64,000 bases of DNA from contig CAWJPJ010000003.1 of the NCBI GenBank assembly GCA_963844715.1, positions 39,458 through 103,457 of the forward strand. Reading direction: 5' to 3'. This document shows, piece by piece, positions 56,416 through 64,000 of the stretch. The notes under the pieces were generated by a model. The model did no database searches, was not told where the DNA came from, and was given only the letters and a program-made list of their open reading frames with translations. The first letter of the stretch is position 1. Each line of letters begins with the position of its first letter. The translations under genes and the position numbers were made by a program. The stretch comes from an uncultured Phycisphaerales bacterium. Lineage in GTDB: Bacteria; Planctomycetota; Phycisphaerae; Tepidisphaerales; Tepidisphaeraceae.

Positions 56416-58815
56416 GGGTGCCTCCGAGGCATGTGTGCGGACTGTGTGGCGAGATGGCGTAATGGGTTTGTGTTTCGGCGGCGCCGTGTGAGCAACACCG
56501 CCATATTCAGAACAAGAAATGAAGTAGTCGCCGGTTCGGGGACATTGACCAGCAGACCGTTGACGGCGGCGAACGCGTCCAATGCCGCCATATCCGCCGC
56601 CGGCTGTGAAACGTCCGTGCCGTTGTCCGACAGACCGAAGTTCGCGGCAAACATATTGAAATCCGCGATATTCACCGTGCCGTAGTAACCGAAATCTCCG
56701 GCTTCCCAGCCGAGCGTGGTGGGCAGGCCGAAATTGGGGGCGAAGATGTTGAAGTCGGTGATGTTCACACTGCCGTCGAGGTTGGCGTCGCCGTCGAGGG
56801 TGTACGCCACTTCGATCTGGTTGGTGGGAACCGTGGTGCCCAGGACGCCGTCGTTGCCGTCGACGAGGCCGACGCCGTAGCCGGACAATCCAGCGCTGCT
56901 GATGATTGCACCGCTTTTGATGTAACCGAGGATCGACGAGAAAGTCGGGCCGGTGGTGCTGGTGCCGGTGGTGGCATCGGTGAAGTGATTATTGTTGATG
57001 TCGAAAACCGAGTTCCCGTTGATCGTCAGGGACGACATCGAGCTGCCGCCGGTGTTGGTGGCCAGTTTCAGCGTATTGGTAACAGTGCCGTTGCCGACCG
57101 TTACACTCCCCGCGCCGCTAATTGTGCCCACGGTCTGATTGCCGTTGACCACCAGCGCGCCGTTGTTGTTGATCGCCACGCCGTTGCCGCCCAGCGCTCC
57201 ATTGGCATTGACGTCAAGCGTGCTGCCCGTGCCGATTGCCACGGTCGTGGCGGCCAAAAGACTGCCGGCGGAATTCAGATTGACGATGCCATTGCCCGTG
57301 AAGTTAATCGCACTGGCCACATTGTGGTCGTTCAGCGCGCCCAGGTTCAGGGATCCCAATCCGCTGCCGTTGTTGGAAACATTAAAAGTGACGCTGCTGT
57401 TGACCGATGTTCCGCCGAACGTGACGGAATAAGGAGTGTTGGCGCCGCTGCCGGCCCCGGTCACGTTCAGGGTTGAACCGGCGTTCATCGTCAGCGAGCC
57501 AAGCGTGGCGGTGCTGCTGGGAATCTGGAGCCCATAGCTTGTTCCGGCCGCAATGGTGGTCGGCACCGTGGGGGATAGCGCGTTGTAATACGAGATCGTG
57601 CTGCTCGACACGTAAGCGGCATTCGATGTACTCAGCAGGTTGTTCTGCACTAATTCCTGACCAAACAAAAGCCAGTCGTTGACATCGTTGAATCCCAGAC
57701 CGTTCATATCGGCCGCGGGATTGAACGCCATGCCGTTGCCGGCGACGTTGTTGGAGAAGTTAAAAACGTCCGTCGTGTTGATGTGTCCGTCTTCGTTGAG
57801 ATCGCCAAGCCCGAGGCCGTTGAGCGTCGAGTGCCCCAGGTCGGGAACCTCGCTGGCGGTGAATCGCTGGATGCTGTCATTGCCATCCGGGCGATAGCTG
57901 ACAACCGTGCCGACATTGTTTCCGTTCTGAAGGTTACTAAAGCCGTAGGCGAATAAAGTCTGGTCGATTTGTCCGGCCAATCCGCCCTGATAGGTCACAC
58001 CGTTAATGGTGTTGTTCCCTGTTGTGACCATGTTCAGAATCTGCGCGTTGGTGATGCCGGCCGGCAGATTGAGATAAACATATTCGCTGGTGGCGGTCCC
58101 ATCCGATTGGATATCGAACTGCCGGTTTTCATAGGTTGTGGGGGCCGACGCAAACGGGGCGAAACTTTGAACGCTGGACGTCGGCGTTCCGCGATCGACA
58201 TAAATCGTGTCATACCAGTCGCTATAAACTGGAGGAGCGGTGGGATCAGGATTGTGGCGGAAGGAGATGACTTCAAGGTAATGATATCCGATGGAAAGGT
58301 TGGCGGTGTCGATGGTTTGGGAATAGGCGCCGTTTCCGTTGGCGTTGTAATATCCGGGTGAAGAATTGGCGAAATTCTGATAGCCGTAGGAAACATCGCC
58401 GGTGATCGTGTCGACCTGCCCGACCCCCGCGCTTTGACTGGCCGTCGGCGTGGTGGATGTTGTGCCGTTGGCGGCCACGGTGATCGTGCCGCCGTCGATT
58501 GTGAACTGGGCGTTGTCGCCGTCGGCGTCCTGGTCGTGATAGACCTGCGTTGGAGAAACCTGCAGATTGGCTTCAACGGTGTTCAGCGACAAGACGAAAG
58601 AAGAAGCGGTCACCACGTTGACGGCGGTATTTCTCTCGGTGCCGTTGCTGTAATTGGCATTGGGTTCCCATCCGCCCGGCGTCGTGCCGGTTCCGGTCTG
58701 GCTGGCCATCACGGAAGCAACATTGCTTGTCGCGATCGAGCCGGTTGGCGTCGGGAGGCCATAGATGAGGAAGCCGTCATTGGTTGAATAAGAGCTGGTG
58801 GTGCTGCCCTTTTCC
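56412..58815 (-). pseudogene. PEP-CTERM surface protein with dockerin-like repeats, apparently 5'-truncated
   Basis: T/S/G/N-rich beta-repeat body, [25 protein letters not shown] and [24 protein letters not shown]. The first ~115 codons of the called ORF (to 59156) are not protein-like and have no signal peptide. Confidence 0.7.
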
Positions 58816-59293
58816 GGGGTTCTGATCTGCGGTTTTGGAAGCATCCCACCGCAAATCCTGGGCGCACTACATCCCAATGCTTGTCGTTCATTTGACTCTG
58901 ATTTGCTTCCCCAAACCCGCTTCTGTCGGCTCAAAGTGCAGGCAACACAGCATTGTTGTGAGCTGACGGCCGAATGGATTGGTGGAACATGATCGAGTTG
59001 CCGACCATCGGCTCTAGCAGTGATTGCCCTCGGGCCGCTTAGTAAACATTGCCGGACCAATTCCCGACCGCCTCGGGCATATACATTGCACGCCGATTGT
59101 GACAGCAAGAGCGGGTTGGCTGACCGTCTATGTGCGTTTTTGATGCAGATGCGCATGCACCTCCGGGTTGTCGATCACCTCATCCTGGATTCGTCCCGAC
59201 ACTTTGTGCGCATTCCTTTGAATGCTCCGTCACCTCCAATTATTACCCTGCTCCGTGCGCAGATGTTCGCATTGCACCTGACTTACAATCGCT

Positions 59294-59406
59294 TATTCAG
59301 CCACTGCCTCACCATTCCGCAAATGATAGTTACCGCCAAACTGATATATTCGCAGTTGACTATCATTTATGGGATTGATACAGTTAATGAGGTAATAATG
59401 GAATGC
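59294..59406 (+). repeat. 113-bp direct repeat, copy 2
   Basis: Identical by eye to 11992-12104. Lies about 140 bp upstream of the relaxase start. Confidence 0.95.
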
Positions 59407-59545
59407 AAGATAAAGGGGTGATTCAGGTGTTTCGTATCTGTAGCAATTACAACCACTTTCGGCGAATCATCCGCATTTTGGCAAGTGGGTTTGTCTGCGT
59501 TGGATGCACAAGTGACTGTCACCATTGAACTTCGGGAGCGGTGTC

Positions 59546-61091
59546 ATGGCGAAACGTGCAAATCGGTCGAATGCCAGAGACGGCGTTGATTCGGATCGCA
59601 TCGGGCGCACTGGCGGACGCCGAGGCCGCGAGCGGAGCGTCAATGGGGAGATTGCCAAGCGGCTCGGGCGGGGGTTCTGGCACACCAAGATGCGCGGCAG
59701 ATCGCGCGCGCCGTGGTGGGTTCAGGGGGCGCGGGACCATGCCGTTTGGTAGCAATCCGCGCGCACAACGGGCGACGGTTAAGATGCTGTCCCGCTTCCA
59801 TTCGCGCAGGTCTGGCAGCGGGCTTGCGCGCCACACGGGCTACCTTGCCCGCGACAGCGCCAGCAAGGACGGGGAGCGCGGGACGTTCTTTGCGCGCAAG
59901 AAGATCGACTGGATGGGCGGTCAGTGACGCGGGAATGGGAAGGAGACCGTCACCACTTCCGGCTCATCCTGTCACCGGAGAAGGGGTACGAGATCGCCGA
60001 CATGCGCGCCTATGTGTGCGATGTGATGCAGCGCATCGAGCGCGATGTCGGCACCAAACTCGACTGGATCGCCATCGAGCACCACAACACCGACAATCCG
60101 CATGCGCACATCCTGTTTCGGGGGAAGGACGAGCAGGGGCAAGACCTCATCCTGCGCCGTGAGTACATCAGTCACGGCATCCGGCAGAGGGCATCCGAGG
60201 CGGCGACAGACCTGCTTGGAGAGCGCACCGAAAGGGAGATGGAGCAGGCCCGAGAGAAGGAAGTACAGGCGGAGCGGTTCACATCTTTGGACCGGACCAT
60301 CGAGCGCAACATGGACGAGCGGCACATCATCGACGTGTCACCGGATGTCCAGATCGGCTGGCGACGGTCTGATCGGCCGCTGGTGATTGGGCGCTTGCAA
60401 TGGCTGGAGAAGATGGACTTGGCAGAGAAGGTGCGGGGAACGAAGTGGCAACTTGACCCCGACTTCAAACAGCAGTTGATGGACTTGGGCGCGCACCATG
60501 ACATCATCAAGCAGCTATACGGCAGCTTGGGGAACCAGTCCATGCATGTGTCGAGGGAGCCGATTACCCAGGCTGTATCGGGTGAAGTGGTTGCCATGGG
60601 GCGGGTCGATGAGATCACCGACAGGCGCTTTGTTGTCATCCGGGACGAGGCCGGAACGATGCGCGTATGCGCGCGTCCAGGACGGAGAGGCGTACCAATC
60701 CTTGAGCATTGGCAACATCGCGGAGCTTGGACGAGGGGCGCAGGAGCGCCGGGAGATTGCCCAGGAGATCGTCGAGCAAGCCAAGGCTAAGGATGGGATT
60801 TACTCCCCGACCAAGCATCTCGACAACCTGCTCGACCGCGCCGGCGATGACGCGACATCGGACCGGCCGCGCGACATGGTGGACAAGGCCGAGCGTTTGG
60901 CCGAGTCGTGGGCCAGCAAGCCCGGCACCGGAATCACCCATTCAGAGGGCGGCGATTATGAAGTTGATGTTGCCGACTTCGAGAAGTTCATGGGCAAGCA
61001 GACCGACCGGGAAGCGGCTATCGGCATTACTGACGTGAACAACGTAACGTTGGAACTGGAACAGGGCCGGGATAGCGGCCTGGAACTTTAA
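59546..61091 (+). CDS. VirD2/RlxS-like MOBP relaxase with DUF3363-like region (frameshifted)
   Basis: QRATVK...LARHTGYLARD (motif I Tyr), HHFRLILSPE, LDWIAIEHHNTDNPHAHILFRG (3H motif), EVQAERFTSLDR and C-terminal GRDSGLEL*. Confidence 0.88.
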
Positions 61092-61582
61092 TGGACAAGT
61101 ACCCCCTGACAATCCGGCTGGACGACGAGTTGCTTAAAGTCATAAAGGTGCAGGCGGCGCTAACCAGATCGTCTCTTGGCTCGGTTGTTGTAGACGCTGC
61201 TCGCCAAGCGCTGATGCCCGAATACCGGGAGAAGCAGGAGCAAACATTGCTCAAAGCCATGGATCGCTGCTTCAACCGGATGGTCAAGATGCACGAGGAC
61301 CAACAGACACAGCATGAGCTGGTCCGGGAGATGTTGGCGATGTTTGTGCGCACGTTCCTTCGGCACACGCCGGCGGTGAAGCCGGAACATAGGGAGGCTT
61401 CAACGGCCAGCGCCGCCAAACGATTTGAAGTTTTCCTGGATGCGCTGGCGACCAATCGCCGGAACCGCCTATCTGTGATGGACCCGGCGCCGAAGCAGCA
61501 AAGCCAAGCACCGACAGCATCCAACGACAACTCCCAAGCTATTTCGAGTCCTCCAACATTGTTCGGGACATCGAGATCATGA
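61091..61582 (+). CDS. CopG/RHH-family protein of the type found next to ICE transfer genes
   Basis: N-terminal RHH LTIRLDDELL...VVDAARQAL and C-terminal EMLAMFVRTFLRHTP...AKRFEVF. Start overlaps the relaxase stop. Confidence 0.7.
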   Translation: MDKYPLTIRLDDELLKVIKVQAALTRSSLGSVVVDAARQALMPEYREKQEQTLLKAMDRCFNRMVKMHEDQQTQHELVREMLAMFVRTFLRHTPAVKPEHREASTASAAKRFEVFLDALATNRRNRLSVMDPAPKQQSQAPTASNDNSQAISSPPTLFGTSRS

Positions 61583-61764
61583 TGGGCAAATTAGACAACC
61601 CGATGATCGCCCCTCGCAGCCCGGCTGACGTTCCGCCGCTGCACCAGCCTGCTCCGGGCGACAAGCCGGCCGCCATGCTCGGCCGATTACGGCCTGCGCG
61701 TGGCAGCACGTCTTGCAGCCCTGCGCGACGGCCGGGCCTGCGCTCGTTCCTTCTGCTATCCGCC

Positions 61765-61807
61765 GTTTCTCTTCAACCCCCTTCTGGTTGCGGGGTTGAA
61801 GAGAAAC
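61765..61807. other. Perfect 16-bp inverted repeat (11-nt loop)
   Basis: GTTTCTCTTCAACCCC / GGGGTTGAAGAGAAAC. Confidence 0.8.
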
Positions 61808-61933
61808 TTTGTGCCTGGGAGGACACCGAATGCCGTTAAAGGCGATTACCCTCGCGTAAGTTGTTAGCGTTAAAAACATGGTACGCTTGGAATAGATGGT
61901 TACCATGATGATCTCAGGAAGGAGCTAGACAGA

Positions 61934-62161
61934 ATGGCACGCCCCCGCATCTCCCCGGAACTTCAGACGGTACAGCGAACCTATCGGTTCAACCAGAAGT
62001 TATTTGACGACTTTGAGTACGATTGCGCCAGGAATCTTGCGAATCCCAAGCATGTGCTCGAAGCGTTGATCTTGCACTGGCTGGAATCGAAGCCCGCGGT
62101 CCGTTCCGCAATCGCCGAAAAACATCATAAACGATTCGGTGTCACGCCGACCGAGGATTGA
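61934..62161 (+). CDS. Small hypothetical protein, possibly RHH-like regulator
   Basis: MARPRIS...QRTYRFNQKLFDDF...VLEALILHWL. AGGAG RBS upstream. Confidence 0.6.
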   Translation: MARPRISPELQTVQRTYRFNQKLFDDFEYDCARNLANPKHVLEALILHWLESKPAVRSAIAEKHHKRFGVTPTED

Positions 62162-62289
62162 CCACCAACACGTTGCGTGACCGTGCCCCAAGCTTCCCGG
62201 AAATTTGACGGATTCTAATTGACTTTGTTAATGACTATAATAACATTTACCATGTTCTCGATATTCATCGGGACCTTTCTGCAACGCCC

Positions 62290-62589
62290 ATGGCATCGAC
62301 ATTGGAACAAAATCCTGGCGATCCAATCCTCATCGCTTCCACGGTTCGTCATCGAAACGGGATGCAATCCCAATCGCTCGGCATATCAGCCGCCGAAGCG
62401 TCGGCGTTGCTCGGCGTTTCCGAATCACATTTTTACTGCCTGCACAAGACTGGTCGGCTTGGACCGTTGCCGGTGCGAATGGGCCGCGCGGTAAGATGGT
62501 CGCGTCAGGAGTTGGTAAACTGGTTCAATGCCGGCAGCCCGTCGCGAAGTCGATGGCAGGCGATAAAAGGAAATGGTAACGGCAGGTGA
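62290..62589 (+). CDS. AlpA/excisionase-like HTH protein
   Basis: ISAAEASALLGVSESHFY...GRLGPLPVRMGRAVRWSRQELVNW. Ends 3 bp before the integrase. Confidence 0.85.
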   Translation: MASTLEQNPGDPILIASTVRHRNGMQSQSLGISAAEASALLGVSESHFYCLHKTGRLGPLPVRMGRAVRWSRQELVNWFNAGSPSRSRWQAIKGNGNGR

Positions 62590-62592
62590 ATT

Positions 62593-64000
62593 ATGTCAAT
62601 ACGACGTATCCCTTACACGGACAAGAAAACTGGCGAGAATCGTCTCACCGAAAAGTTTTACGTGGTCTTTCAAGATCAAGCTCAAATCCAGCGTCGTTTG
62701 CCTGGATTCGCTGATCGCAAGGCGACGGTCGAAGTCGAGCGTAAGGTCCGCAAGCTCGTGGAGCTTCGCGCCGCTGGCGAGACGCTTTCGCCAGAGCTGG
62801 CGCGATTTATCGAGACGATGCCGCCGGCAATGCGAGAGCGACTTGCTGAATGGGGCGTGCTGGACAAGACCCGTGTGGCGGCTGGCAAGCCCCTGACGCA
62901 ACACATAGAGGATTGGCGGCAAGCTCTTCTCGCCAAAGCAAACGGCCGGGATTATGTCGATCTTGTTGCAGCCCGAGCGCAAGCCGTATTTGATGGATGT
63001 GGCTTCAAATTCTGGAGCGATCTTTGCGCGGAGAAGGTTCAAGCCCACCTTGCGGAACTGCGCGAGCATAAGCCTGAGAAGAAAGGAATTGGTCCGCAGA
63101 CCTCTAATTTCTACCTTCAGGCGGTCAAACAGTTTTGCAAGTGGATGGTGCGGGCGAGGCGCGCCACGGAATCGCCAGTGGCTCACCTGCAAGGCTTGAA
63201 TGTCAAAGCCGACCGTCGCCACGATCGGCGTGCGTTTTCGGTTGACGAGCTTCTTTGGGTGCTCAAAACTACAGAAAATGGGCCGGAACGATTCTTTTCG
63301 TCGGGCAAGGAGCGTGCGCTCCTGTATCGCTTGGCTGTAGAAACTGGCTTGCGGCGCGGCGGGCTGGCCCGATTGACTCGCCAATCTTTTGAACTGGACG
63401 GCGTTGATTCAACAATCTTGGTGAAGGCGGGAGCGAAGAATAAATACAAGTCAGACCGCCGTGTGCCACTTCGGGCAGAGACGGCAAGGCTGTTACGCGA
63501 ATTCCTCGAAAAGAAGATGCCAGAAGCGTTGGCGTTCAAGGTGCCGAGTCACAAACATTCCGCGAAAATGATTCGTGCCGACCTGGATGCAGCGCGAGCC
63601 GCATGGCTGGATACCGCGGAAACGCCGAAGCTGCGGGAAGAGCGGGAGCAGTCCGATTTTCTGCGGTACAAGAATGCCGTCGGCGAGTACCTCGATTTCC
63701 ATGCGTTGCGTCACACGCGCGGTGTCTGGTTGTTCGAGCATCACAAAGCGCATCCGCGCGAGGTGCAGGAATTGATGGGTGTCTCGTCGCTCGCGCTCGT
63801 TGATCGTTACACGCGAAGTTTCCGCCTTACCGATTTGAGCTTGATTGAGCGCGGCCCCGACCTATCGAAAGCGCCCGACGACGTCAGCGGCGCACAAGCT
63901 GCAACGGGCACAGACGGAGAGACCGGTATTTGTTTGTCTGCCAGCTTGCGCCTAAAGGGCGAAGTTCAGCGGATTTCGGCAGACCTCCATGGAGTCAGCA
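62593..64000 (+). CDS. Tyrosine recombinase/integrase (runs off window; missing from the ORF track)
   Basis: Manual translation from ATG 62593 gives MSIRRIPYTDKKTGE...LYRLAVETGLRRG...AKNK...DFHALRHT...QELMGVSSLALVDRYT...ATGTDG, with no stop by 64000. Confidence 0.93.
   Translation, partial: MSIRRIPYTDKKTGENRLTEKFYVVFQDQAQIQRRLPGFADRKATVEVERKVRKLVELRAAGETLSPELARFIETMPPAMRERLAEWGVLDKTRVAAGKPLTQHIEDWRQALLAKANGRDYVDLVAARAQAVFDGCGFKFWSDLCAEKVQAHLAELREHKPEKKGIGPQTSNFYLQAVKQFCKWMVRARRATESPVAHLQGLNVKADRRHDRRAFSVDELLWVLKTTENGPERFFSSGKERALLYRLAVETGLRRGGLARLTRQSFELDGVDSTILVKAGAKNKYKSDRRVPLRAETARLLREFLEKKMPEALAFKVPSHKHSAKMIRADLDAARAAWLDTAETPKLREEREQSDFLRYKNAVGEYLDFHALRHTRGVWLFEHHKAHPREVQELMGVSSLALVDRYTRSFRLTDLSLIERGPDLSKAPDDVSGAQAATGTDGETGICLSASLRLKGEVQRISADLHGVS

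Noticed and set aside
62596..63384. Minus-strand 262-aa ORF and small plus-strand ORFs near the window end
   Set aside because: They shadow the integrase frame starting at 62593, which the ORF track omitted because it has no stop within the window.

Overview
GC-rich bacterial window, most likely from a planctomycete. That assignment is inferred from a DUF1559 prepilin-like gene, a PEP-CTERM protein with dockerin-like repeats and the style of the integrase. Many single-base frameshifts occur even in essential genes, so most look like assembly errors. 0-9.1 kb is chromosomal: accC, accB, an Xaa-Pro peptidase, an IS5/IS427 element, a DUF481 barrel, HigBA and mobile-element debris. At 9136-9193 is a 3'-half tRNA-Ser(CGA) att scar. 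At the right end lie a VirD2/RlxS-like relaxase, CopG-type and AlpA-type regulators and a tyrosine integrase that runs off the window. A 17/20-identical 20-mer is shared by the two ends. I infer one integrative mobilizable element of at least 54.9 kb. Inside it, an exact 113-bp direct repeat (11992-12104 and 59294-59406) brackets about 47 kb of cargo. The cargo is a coherent low-oxygen energy kit: cydAB, GTP-PEPCK, a PEP-synthase regulatory kinase, H+-PPase, acetate-CoA ligase/GNAT, Adk, a DHOD-like protein plus PFOR, hypFCDE-hoxEFUYHW-hypAB, and a FixL-like heme-PAS kinase with a NarL-type regulator. A TAGG-N8-CYKA operator-like motif recurs in three of its divergent promoters. Also notable are two HypB-like GTPases lacking the metal ligands in an operon with cydAB, a tRNA-Gly, a nested GH62/IS/Type ISP R-M/TA block, and a REP-like hairpin translated in frame inside the R-M methyltransferase.
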